The notes under the pieces were generated by a model. It searched no databases. It was not told where the DNA came from and worked only from the letters and a program-made list of their open reading frames with translations. From a virus (lineage: Duplodnaviria; Caudoviricetes), in IMG/VR virus record IMGVR_UViG_3300037484_000515, positions 1 to 48,429 of that record: DNA of 48,429 nucleotides. One strand, given 5' to 3'. Positions within the stretch are counted from its first letter, which is position 1. Every line of letters starts with the position of its first letter. The position numbers were made by a program, and so were the translations under genes. This document shows positions 9,739-17,546 of this stretch, in pieces.

Positions 9739-9989
9739 GGCTTCGATAACCCTTCAGGCCCGCGCTTTGAATCCCTCATGACCACGCCGCCAGCCACATG
9801 ATCGTGTGGTCGCGATAGATGAATTACAAAGGCAAACATCAACAGTGCTATCACGCCCAAGTAAATCAGCACTGGCGACCAGATCAGCCACCAAGAATCA
9901 CGAGTCAGCCCCAATAACTTACAAAACGAGAAATAACCGGAAATGCTAATACAGGGAATGCCCCAGTATGATAGCCATGAATCCCTCAT
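9735..9989 (-). CDS. Small membrane protein (phage WxWWxxxSP type)
   Basis: KLLGLTRDSWWLIWSP followed by a hydrophobic helix; overlaps the radical SAM start. Confidence 0.6.
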   Translation of the reverse strand: MRDSWLSYWGIPCISISGYFSFCKLLGLTRDSWWLIWSPVLIYLGVIALLMFAFVIHLSRPHDHVAGGVVMRDSKRGPEGLSKP

Positions 9990-9990
9990 G

Positions 9991-10227
9991 TCAATTCCGT
10001 TCTTTAGGCGTTATCAACTTCACCCGCGCCGTATCTAACTGGAAATTCGCCCCGTCGGCCAGTCGCGCATCCGCCGGAACTTCAAATACCAGTATCCCTT
10101 TCTGGCGATCCGCCATGACCAGCGCGTCTTCCAGCTTGTCGGCATCGCCTACAAAGTAAAATTCCCCTACGTTGGGCAACTTCATACCCAAAACGACGTA
10201 TTTCTTGAACTCAAGGCGTAGATTCAT
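9991..10227 (-). CDS. Hypothetical protein
   Basis: Operon packing. Confidence 0.55.
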   Translation of the reverse strand: MNLRLEFKKYVVLGMKLPNVGEFYFVGDADKLEDALVMADRQKGILVFEVPADARLADGANFQLDTARVKLITPKERN

Positions 10228-10639
10228 TTTGTTCTTCTTCCCCGGCTTTTTGGATCTGAAATTCTTCCCAGAGACAGGTCTCGTCCTTGAATTTCAGCGA
10301 TTCTATTGCTTCGGCAGACCCGAATTTTTCACGGAAATAATTCCCTCGATCCTTCAAATAGGCCAATTCCCCAGCATCAATACCCCCCCGGTATGCATAA
10401 AATACGTGATCGTCTAAAATGGCAACATGATGACCACAATGATCCACGCTCAAATATTCCACCATAAACTGCCAAAGCCAATAATACCTTTTCGCCCAAT
10501 AATCTCGCTCCTCGTCGGTCTCGTAGCATCCCCGTCCTTCTCCAAAAGGATAACCATAATCCCGCGAAAGAATCTTGTCAAGAATTACATGGGTTTTGCA
10601 ATCAAGGCAAACTAAACTATGACATACGCTCATCGTCAA
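10211..10639 (-). CDS. Hypothetical protein with CxxC and CxxH motifs
   Basis: LVCLDCK...HCGHH; operon packing. Confidence 0.55.
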   Translation of the reverse strand: MTMSVCHSLVCLDCKTHVILDKILSRDYGYPFGEGRGCYETDEERDYWAKRYYWLWQFMVEYLSVDHCGHHVAILDDHVFYAYRGGIDAGELAYLKDRGNYFREKFGSAEAIESLKFKDETCLWEEFQIQKAGEEEQNESTP

Positions 10640-10820
10640 CCCCTGCGGCTACGCCGCCTTCTTTTTCCTCGTCGGGAACCTCGATTTGTCCTGCCCTTAT
10701 CATCTCAAAGGCCGCTTCTGATTTATCCGCTAAAATTTTAAGAATATCCCTGTGCATTTTGTGCGCGGCGTTAAAACCGTCCCAATAGGCTTCCTTTAGT
10801 TTGTCGATCTCAGAGTTCAT
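10617..10820 (-). CDS. Hypothetical protein
   Basis: GAGGT RBS; operon packing. Confidence 0.55.
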   Translation of the reverse strand: MNSEIDKLKEAYWDGFNAAHKMHRDILKILADKSEAAFEMIRAGQIEVPDEEKEGGVAAGVDDERMS

Positions 10821-10828
10821 CTTTTACC

Positions 10829-11068
10829 TCAATTACCCTTATCCAACCCAATTCTATCAGCCTTTTCACGCATCCCTGCCCCTGTTTCGTCCACAATTTC
10901 CGCCTCAGCTTCCGTGCCCAAGCCTCGATTCCACGATCCCGCGTAAAGATCTTCGACGCTCGGCGCTTTTCCCCCTTTAGCATGTCTGTCCTCCAGGTAA
11001 AACCGCAGCACCGGTCGACCCTTACGACGCAAAATCAGTTCCTCACGCTCTTTCTTGTCCGTCGGCAT
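10829..11068 (-). CDS. Hypothetical protein
   Basis: GAGGG RBS; operon packing. Confidence 0.5.
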   Translation of the reverse strand: MPTDKKEREELILRRKGRPVLRFYLEDRHAKGGKAPSVEDLYAGSWNRGLGTEAEAEIVDETGAGMREKADRIGLDKGN

Positions 11069-11285
11069 CTAAACCCTCGCATTTCAATTCACCCCTGAAT
11101 GATTCTACACACGATCCCATAAATCGTCCCCAATGCCCCAATGAAGAATCTAATTGCAACGCCCGTGCCATCATCGCGGCGATATCTAAGGCATCGTCCC
11201 CGCGTATCCATATCCCCGCCCAATCATTCCGCCCCAGACTGGTTACAAAGCGATATACGCCCGTTTCAAGTCTGTTCGTCATCAT
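11043..11285 (-). CDS. Hypothetical protein (DWxGxxIRGD type)
   Basis: NDWAGIWIRGDDA motif; likely start overlaps the upstream stop codon. Confidence 0.5.
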   Translation of the reverse strand: MMTNRLETGVYRFVTSLGRNDWAGIWIRGDDALDIAAMMARALQLDSSLGHWGRFMGSCVESFRGELKCEGLDADGQERA

Positions 11286-11635
11286 CGCTTCACCCGTTTC
11301 CATTGAATCGTCTTGTAATTCTGCAAAAACCTTTCCCACGGCTTGTATTTTTGATCTGGATAGCTGTAATACCCATAAGTCTCACAACTCGGCACTTCAA
11401 ATCCGTCGAAATAGACTTCCACATACCACCGCTCTGTCGTTTCAATGATTTCATAGTTCTTGGTGATCTTCAGGCTATCCCCAAAATCTTCCACGCAGGT
11501 CTCGACGAGAACCGTGTCAGGCCATGATTTCGACCGAACCTCAAGGTGGTGCGGAGCGCATTTTGTCCCGTCCGCCTTTGGGTTTGGCGCTGAACACCCA
11601 AAAATCGGCAGCAAAAGCAGCAAAATCAAGAGCAT
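11282..11635 (-). CDS. Putative lipoprotein
   Basis: Hydrophobic leader ending IFG-C (lipobox-like). Confidence 0.65.
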   Translation of the reverse strand: MLLILLLLLPIFGCSAPNPKADGTKCAPHHLEVRSKSWPDTVLVETCVEDFGDSLKITKNYEIIETTERWYVEVYFDGFEVPSCETYGYYSYPDQKYKPWERFLQNYKTIQWKRVKR

Positions 11636-11770
11636 TATCGCTTCACCCCCTTCTTTGTGATTTTGAACACCAACAAGCCCACAACCCCAAGATTACGGGC
11701 ACAAAAAGGATGGCGATTCCAAATACGCTATACTTGATTGTTTCCCAAAGACTTGTTTCTGTCATTAGCA

Positions 11771-11920
11771 TCATCGCTTTACGTCCTTCATTCTTCGCCA
11801 GCGTAGCCAATTATAAAGCCAACAGAAAGGCCGGCGATCCCGCCAGGTCGGTTCCCGTTTGAGATCCGCCGCGATTTCAGGATGAATAAAAATAACGTAA
11901 ACCCCATCCCGCGCTTTCAT
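11771..11920 (-). CDS. 49-aa protein resembling an internal capsid-protein segment
   Basis: GGAGGAG RBS. DGVYVIFIHPEIAADLKREPTW aligns with capsid GPTYVLVLHPYAIGDLK...W. Confidence 0.55.
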   Translation of the reverse strand: MKARDGVYVIFIHPEIAADLKREPTWRDRRPFCWLYNWLRWRRMKDVKR

Positions 11921-11973
11921 GCCGTCAACTCCTCCCGCAAGTCCACGTTGTTCTTCTGTGTTTATCCTTTTCA

Positions 11974-12276
11974 TTATAGCTCTAATTCTTCTCTCAGATC
12001 AACTTGATTATCACGGCAAAACTGAACGATATGATCCCCCAGCACCCAAACCCTACTCTCGTCTATGGGCTCCCCAGGAAAATGCTCCGCGTCCAACGCA
12101 TGAATCACCTCATGCAATAAAACCTTCATTCCTTCAACCTCGTCCGCCGCAAACTTGATCGTGCGTTTATTATACTCAATCTGACCCCTGGCATTGGCAT
12201 CCTCCCGCCACCCGTCCCTCATCACCTTCACCTTGAACACCCGCGTCCCGATCCGGTATTTATGCTTCAGCTTCAC
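11974..12276 (-). CDS. Small HExxH metallopeptidase-like phage protein
   Basis: GQIEYNKRTI...VLLHEVIHA. Confidence 0.7.
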   Translation of the reverse strand: MKLKHKYRIGTRVFKVKVMRDGWREDANARGQIEYNKRTIKFAADEVEGMKVLLHEVIHALDAEHFPGEPIDESRVWVLGDHIVQFCRDNQVDLREELEL

Positions 12277-12536
12277 TTCCGCCTGTCCTTCCCACTACGA
12301 CGACCCCACGAAAGTCCCTGCACCAGCCCAGGAAAAACCGTAAGGTCTTCTTCTTTCCTCCGTCTGTCCCCCCCGCTCCGGCGATCCCCACCTATCCCTC
12401 GATCAAAGCTAACCCGAACTACACAACCCCCAGTCGGAAGCTCTAACCCAGATAGACGCCTTTCTATTCGCTGAAGCTGCATTATAACCGACATGGGCAT
12501 CTTCATCCGTTCGCCCATCTCTGTCTCATAGTCCAT
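12273..12536 (-). CDS. Hypothetical protein with repeated (D/G)RRSGxDRR motifs
   Basis: DRRSGGDRR and GRRSGKDRR. Confidence 0.5.
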   Translation of the reverse strand: MDYETEMGERMKMPMSVIMQLQRIERRLSGLELPTGGCVVRVSFDRGIGGDRRSGGDRRRKEEDLTVFPGLVQGLSWGRRSGKDRRK

Positions 12537-12539
12537 TAT

Positions 12540-12728
12540 TCACCCCTTAAGTAAAGTGTCTATCGCTGCCAACAATAGCTCCCCCTTCTGTAACTCCGTG
12601 CTCGGCCCCTCCGTCTTGATAACATCCGACCCGCTGGGCACAAGATATGCGTCCGGCTTCCAGTCCTTGAGTATCGAGAAAACCGCTAATGCCTCTTCAC
12701 TCGTCATGGCTAACCCCTTCCCTTTCAC
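12540..12728 (-). CDS. Hypothetical protein
   Basis: Operon packing. Confidence 0.5.
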   Translation of the reverse strand: MKGKGLAMTSEEALAVFSILKDWKPDAYLVPSGSDVIKTEGPSTELQKGELLLAAIDTLLKG

Positions 12729-12740
12729 ATACGAGTAAGA

Positions 12741-12920
12741 TCAAAACTCTACCAGCTTCTGTTCCGCCGACCACTCTACATGATCCCCATCCTCCGCCGT
12801 CAACGAACCACCTGGAAACTCCACCTCCAAGATCGTCGCTACCTGGCACAAAAGCGCCGGAATGCTGTCAGGACTTAAAACCTCAACCTTCACCGTGAAA
12901 GTCGTTTTCGTCGCCTTCAT
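12741..12920 (-). CDS. Hypothetical protein (59 aa)
   Basis: Manual translation MKATKTTFTVKVEVLSPDSIP...; AAGGAG RBS. Confidence 0.55.
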   Translation of the reverse strand: MKATKTTFTVKVEVLSPDSIPALLCQVATILEVEFPGGSLTAEDGDHVEWSAEQKLVEF

Positions 12921-13256
12921 CTTGAATCGCTCCTTCCCCTTGATTCTGCTTTAGTTGTGAAATTATTGGCAACCTGTCTATACAATCGATGCGGCTACGC
13001 CGCAACTGCCTTGGGGGAGGAATATTACCTCTTGTGCCGCATACCCGAAGGCACGGCACAGCGGAATAATATCCCTGTCTCCCCCCAGATAATCCCTCCC
13101 CTGCCTTCCATATCCCATCTCAGTTAGAGCTTTGAATCCATATTTTTCCACCTATACGCCGGTGGAACGGGACTCCCAACTTGGGTTTGCCTCGGCCCCA
13201 AATTGATCCCCCCCCCTATCGAATCACTCTAAGCCACAATAGAGCAACCGCAGAAA

Positions 13257-13697
13257 CTACTCTGAAACAGCCTCGGAACTGCGCTGCCCCTGCTCATCCT
13301 TAACGTCTACGATGAACTGCATGGCATCCTCACGTGTGCGCTGTCCGGCCAGCCTGAGCAGCAATGGCCTGGTGAATACCCGAATCACGTCCCATTCAGC
13401 CTCGCTCTTGCGCTTGTCGCCTTCTACCTGGGCCATAAGCTTGAGCGCATCTAAATATAGTTTTAACGCCGCTTGCGCCGTCTTATGGTCTTTAGCTGCC
13501 ATGAACTCTACGGTGCGGACGAGGAAAAGCGGCATCGCCTTCAAAAGGGCATCACCAAAATCACCGATGCTTTTGAATCCATTCTCCGCACACGTTTCAA
13601 TAGCAGCCTTGACTTGCTCATAAGCGCGTTGTTGGGCTAAGACCTTTTCGCGGCGGAGTTTATGGATTTGGAGGGCTTGTTCTGAAGTTACAGGCAT
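13257..13697 (-). CDS. Hypothetical helical protein, candidate terminase small subunit
   Basis: First gene after the duplicated promoter; size and helical character fit, and it is followed by a G8 tract and a skew change. No diagnostic motif. Confidence 0.4.
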   Translation of the reverse strand: MPVTSEQALQIHKLRREKVLAQQRAYEQVKAAIETCAENGFKSIGDFGDALLKAMPLFLVRTVEFMAAKDHKTAQAALKLYLDALKLMAQVEGDKRKSEAEWDVIRVFTRPLLLRLAGQRTREDAMQFIVDVKDEQGQRSSEAVSE

Positions 13698-13936
13698 ACG
13701 ATTGTAGTATGATTAGGTGCAAATTGTAGTATAATTAGATTTAGCCTTGCGAGTAGATTTGGTTTAGATGTAGTTTCAGTAGGGATTTTCTCGTGTTTAG
13801 AGAGAGGACGCCCCTAAAGGAATGGGGGTATCAAGTAGTTTCTGGCGGTAAACGCTGGTCGCCAGCACGCGGCGGTGATGAACCGCAGATACGGGCCGGG
13901 GGACGGTGGGGTCGGTCAACGCATCTTTGAGCGCAC

Positions 13937-13966
13937 AATATAACACATTTTGGGGTCGAATACAAG
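13937..13966 (-). promoter_or_regulatory. Sigma70-like promoter, copy 2
   Basis: TTGTAT-N17-TATATT; 27/30 identical to 5900-5929. Confidence 0.7.
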
Positions 13967-14276
13967 CACTATCTCACTTATTTTTTATCGCAATTATTTC
14001 ACTTGCAATCATTTCACTTGCAAGCAATCGAATGACAGGCAAAGTGCGCGGATATTTCGCTCGGTCGGGGCGGTGTGGTCAAGCGCCTCGCATTTTCTAT
14101 TGACATTTTGTGCGTAAAATAGGCCATAAAAGGCTTTATTGGCCGTTGCCGTCAAGAACTGCTTGCCAATGCAATCAATTTAGGGTGAACGGCCATATGG
14201 GGCTTGAGGGGATTAGCTTGATATATTCGCATAGAACGAGGTATTTGGGGGCGTTTAAAAATAAAAGAGATTTTAC

Positions 14277-14305
14277 TTGATTTGGGGATATTCATATACT
14301 ATATT
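14277..14305 (+). promoter_or_regulatory. Sigma70-like promoter of the plus-strand early block
   Basis: TTGATT-N17-TATATT, A/T-rich upstream, then a GAGGA RBS and ATG at 14329. Confidence 0.7.
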
Positions 14306-14328
14306 ATAGGCGGAAGAGGAAAGAACCG

Positions 14329-14427
14329 ATGAATCAGAACTTCGAATTCAGGCCAGGTGGAATCACCCGCAAGGGCTTCAGGGGTCTCATCGCCCTTTTC
14401 CGCGAGGGAGAACGGAGGAGAGCATGA
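14329..14427 (+). CDS. 32-aa first gene of the early block
   Basis: MNQNFEFRPGG...; RBS; ATGA overlap with the next gene. Confidence 0.5.
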   Translation: MNQNFEFRPGGITRKGFRGLIALFREGERRRA

Positions 14428-14726
14428 CGAAACTTGAATCTATCACAAAGCTGGTCGAGTATGACCACGCTATTTTGACGGTCGAGAGGGCTGCGGAGCT
14501 TGCAGAGCCTTTCGACATCACGCTCGCGGGCCTTGTTAGCGACACGCGGCGCATGGTTGAAAATGGCAAACCGGGCGGACACGTAGCAGCAGATGGCCCC
14601 GGCGTGGGTGCGCATCAATTAGCTGAACGCATCGCTAAACAGTATGGATTTAAGCCATATTGCAATGGCGTGGGGAGTCGGCTTAGAACGGCTTGCTCCT
14701 ATGTGCGAGACCATATTAGCCCATAG
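14424..14726 (+). CDS. Early hypothetical protein
   Basis: GGAGGAG RBS. Confidence 0.7.
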   Translation: MTKLESITKLVEYDHAILTVERAAELAEPFDITLAGLVSDTRRMVENGKPGGHVAADGPGVGAHQLAERIAKQYGFKPYCNGVGSRLRTACSYVRDHISP

Positions 14727-14814
14727 CCTGAATCCCGAAGGGGTCAACCCCGGAGTCGCGTCCGGGGCAGGCTCAAGCCCGAATGGGCGTAACTAACGGA
14801 GAGAGAGGTAAAGC

Positions 14815-15063
14815 ATGTTAGCACCGATTTGGACAGCGCCGCACGAAGGCGCGACCGGCACGGTAGGTGAAATAATCAAATTCGAGACGCGTTTCGGTTT
14901 AAACCCTGGAACGCATGAGGGAAAAATTCTCCGCGCTCTCATCCCGAATCAGACCATCATCTGCAATCCGGCGCATACCCTAATTTACGAAGTCTCGGTG
15001 TTTTTGCCGCACTGGGGATATACCACCAAGATACTCTGCTTGCCGGATCAAATTATTACCTAA
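14815..15063 (+). CDS. Early hypothetical protein
   Basis: GAGGT RBS; stop codon lies within repeat A1. Confidence 0.7.
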   Translation: MLAPIWTAPHEGATGTVGEIIKFETRFGLNPGTHEGKILRALIPNQTIICNPAHTLIYEVSVFLPHWGYTTKILCLPDQIIT

Positions 15064-15088
15064 CGCGGCTTGCCGCAAGGAGAGAGAC

Positions 15089-15304
15089 GTGAGCACAATG
15101 GCAAATGCAGTTAAACGCGAATGCGCCAAGCGAAGGCTTTGCTTGAGGCGAAGCAAATCATCATGGGGCAAATGGTGGTGGTATGTTTCACCCAGCGGCC
15201 CAGGAATGGAGTATTTCATCGTTGCGAGCGGCAAAACGCTCAATGACGTTGCAAAGGCTATGAGAATCGCCGCTCCCGCACAGCCCGCCAAAACTAACAC
15301 CTAA
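15089..15304 (+). CDS. Early hypothetical protein
   Basis: Bounded exactly by repeats A1 and A2. Confidence 0.7.
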   Translation: MSTMANAVKRECAKRRLCLRRSKSSWGKWWWYVSPSGPGMEYFIVASGKTLNDVAKAMRIAAPAQPAKTNT

Positions 15305-15329
15305 CGCGGCGCAGCCGCAAGGAGGAGAC

Positions 15330-15605
15330 GTGAAAACAGTAAAAATAATCAAAATCTACAACTGCCTTAATCGCCTTGAGTACATTGAGCGCACGTTGCA
15401 CCGATTGGACGAGCACGCTTGTAACCGAGAACTAAGCAAGTGCGAAGAGACGCGACGAGGCGATCTCGAAAAAGAAGGCGAGGAAATTGCAGCAGAGCTT
15501 GGGGTCAAATTCTATCATCAAGGCGACCCTCGCGGAGTGGCTGTCAAATTATATGATAAAGGCACAAGTCGCCATGATGCGCCTTTGTGCGTTTGCAAAC
15601 GCTAA
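15330..15605 (+). CDS. Early hypothetical protein (QGDPRG type)
   Basis: Bounded by repeats A2 and A3; FYHQGDPRG motif. Confidence 0.75.
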   Translation: MKTVKIIKIYNCLNRLEYIERTLHRLDEHACNRELSKCEETRRGDLEKEGEEIAAELGVKFYHQGDPRGVAVKLYDKGTSRHDAPLCVCKR

Positions 15606-15738
15606 CGCGGCTATGCCGCAAGGAGCGAGACGTGAAAACAATAGACGATAGCGCCATGTATAGGGGCAAACAAGGCGGTTATCCGAGAGCTTGGCGGCAC
15701 TTTCCCGCTTGCCCCGCCAAAATGACAGAATAGCAGAA

Positions 15739-16022
15739 TAACCGCCCCGCACCGGCGGGACAGAATGACGGAGGAAAACGTGGCAAAGAGAATAATCGAA
15801 GACGAAAGAGAAATCGCCTACATTTGGAAAGGTGAGGCATCATGGACTGTTGGTGAGTGGGGTATCACAAAAATTGAGCCATACGACGAATCGGGGCAAA
15901 TGGCTTGCGTTACTTGGTTCGCGCTATGGGCTGGTGATGTTATCAAAGCCAGAATTAACGCGGCACAAATAGAAGGCGTAGGCTATAAGAGAACAGACTA
16001 ACCGCCCCGCTTCGGCGGGACA
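15739..16022 (+). repeat. Intergenic repeat family B, 2 copies (15739-15762, 15999-16022)
   Basis: TAACCGCCCCGC-(ACCG/TTCG)-GCGGGACA hairpins flanking one gene. Confidence 0.88.
15765..16001 (+). CDS. Early hypothetical protein
   Basis: Between repeats B1 and B2; alternative GTG start at 15780 after GGAGGA. Confidence 0.7.
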   Translation: MTEENVAKRIIEDEREIAYIWKGEASWTVGEWGITKIEPYDESGQMACVTWFALWAGDVIKARINAAQIEGVGYKRTD

Positions 16023-16093
16023 CCCGCATCGGCGCAGTTCGGCAATCTCTCCTCCTGGCTGCGCCCCCTGCGGGATAACGAAAGGAAACGATC

Positions 16094-16381
16094 ATGGGAA
16101 AGCGTGGTGAACTCACCGATGAAATTAAAGCCAAAGCGAAGCAGTTACTTAGCTATGAAATCTCACGAGCCGAGCTTAGGCTAATGCCCTATATGCTCTA
16201 CGTGATGATAAACGAGCAGCATATAGACATTGACAAAATCAATCAAGAAGAGCGACAGATTTTATCGAAATGGCGCAATGCGGGGCATATCGAAGGCGGA
16301 GCCTCGCAAATGGGGATCACCAGGGCATTCTACGACATCATTTGCGAGCTTGTCTTTATGGCCTATGTGGATATAACCTAA
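16094..16381 (+). CDS. Early hypothetical phage protein
   Basis: GAAAGGA RBS; ELRLMPY motif. Confidence 0.7.
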   Translation: MGKRGELTDEIKAKAKQLLSYEISRAELRLMPYMLYVMINEQHIDIDKINQEERQILSKWRNAGHIEGGASQMGITRAFYDIICELVFMAYVDIT

Positions 16382-16395
16382 CGAAAGGAGCAAAA

Positions 16396-16605
16396 ATGGC
16401 ATTCAAGTATCTCAAGACAGAAAAATTGGAATTACTTCTGGAGAGGCCCTACTATCTGGGTGCAGCATATCGGGAAGGAACATTTATCCACCTCGAAATC
16501 GCCCACCAGCTTGACCGGCAAAACGACCTGCTGGAGCGCATCGCCAACGTCCTTGAGCTCTGGGGCAAGGCCGAAGGACACTACTCGAAGATGCTGTCAC
16601 CTTAG
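16396..16605 (+). CDS. Small protein, LEIAHQL paralog 1
   Basis: AAGGAG RBS; shares a motif with the next gene. Confidence 0.65.
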   Translation: MAFKYLKTEKLELLLERPYYLGAAYREGTFIHLEIAHQLDRQNDLLERIANVLELWGKAEGHYSKMLSP

Positions 16606-16618
16606 AAAGGAAACGATT

Positions 16619-16825
16619 ATGTTCAAATTCATTTCGCAAAATGACCTCGAAAGCGGGACAGAGGACTTGGCTAAGGCCGAGAATATGCTCCAGCTCGAAA
16701 TCGCGCACCAGCTTTCGGAACTCGTCGAGCAGAACAAGAGAATCGCTGAGGCGCTGGAGGCCATCAGCCAGGGCAAAGAAATACGCTCCCGCGTTGAATT
16801 TAACCCCAGCGGCATAATGAAATAG
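16619..16825 (+). CDS. Small protein, LEIAHQL paralog 2
   Basis: AAAGGA RBS; shares a motif with the previous gene. Confidence 0.65.
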   Translation: MFKFISQNDLESGTEDLAKAENMLQLEIAHQLSELVEQNKRIAEALEAISQGKEIRSRVEFNPSGIMK

Positions 16826-16835
16826 GAGGCTCACC

Positions 16836-17096
16836 ATGACCGCTAAAATCAAAGAACTCGCCATCTGGATCGAACAACTCGTGCCGGATGCAGACGAGTT
16901 GCACAAAATTAACGTTTCTGCGCTGAATGTTTACACGAGCGGGAAATCACAATATCGCAAATTAAGCGATATGCTTACAGACATTTACGCCCAACGCTTT
17001 CAGGGCATCGCCCTGGCCGCCGGAGCCATCCGCGAACTCTGCGAGCGAGAAGCGGCCAAAATTAAAGCGCAGTCGGAGGTGATGAAAAATGGCTAA
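16836..17096 (+). CDS. Hypothetical protein
   Basis: GGAGG RBS. Confidence 0.65.
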   Translation: MTAKIKELAIWIEQLVPDADELHKINVSALNVYTSGKSQYRKLSDMLTDIYAQRFQGIALAAGAIRELCEREAAKIKAQSEVMKNG

Positions 17097-17313
17097 ACGA
17101 GAACTGTGGATCGGGAAACGCAAAAATTGGTGTGACGAGAGCCTCGGCCAAATGTATGAAATGGGTTATGGGGAATTCAATCCCATCAGAGGTTTTGCTT
17201 TCCAGATAGATGTATTCTGCGCTAAGGAATTCGAGAGCATCACCGGCCTCAAGCTCAAGCTCGGCGAAGTCCGCAAAATCAAGCGCATCGTAATTGAATT
17301 GGAGAAGCCATGA
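17089..17313 (+). CDS. Hypothetical protein
   Basis: GGAGGTGA RBS; FESITGLKLKLGE motif. Confidence 0.65.
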   Translation: MAKRELWIGKRKNWCDESLGQMYEMGYGEFNPIRGFAFQIDVFCAKEFESITGLKLKLGEVRKIKRIVIELEKP

Positions 17314-17546
17314 CCGAAAACACCCCGCCTTTACTCTTTGACTACATCGGAGCCATCATGGCCTTCGCTGCCTTCACCTTCGCTATCGGGCTATGCGGCG
17401 GCATGGTGGCGGGATTTTCCTGGGGATCAATGCGCACGAGCGGAGATACTATCGCCGTGCAAGACCTGTGCGAGCGCTACAATGCGCTCCAAGAGGAGAA
17501 TGAAGCCCTAAAACGGGAACTCAAATACGGACTCAGCACCGATTGA
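17310..17546 (+). CDS. Small membrane protein with a coiled-coil tail
   Basis: One hydrophobic helix; coupled to the recombinase gene. Confidence 0.6.
   Translation: MTENTPPLLFDYIGAIMAFAAFTFAIGLCGGMVAGFSWGSMRTSGDTIAVQDLCERYNALQEENEALKRELKYGLSTD

Larger units (their letters stand above)
15061..15635 (+). repeat. Intergenic repeat family A, 3 copies (15061-15092, 15302-15333, 15603-15635)
   Basis: TAAC-GCGGC-N2-3-GCCGC-AAGGAG-N1-2-GAGAC-GTGA: stop codon, hairpin, RBS, GTG start. Confidence 0.9.

Noticed and set aside
15061-16022. Repeats as a CRISPR array or integron attC sites
   Set aside because: The spacers are whole genes and no cas genes are present. The units are far shorter than attC and lack a GTTRRRY end. 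The recombinase shows no evident IntI-specific insertion.
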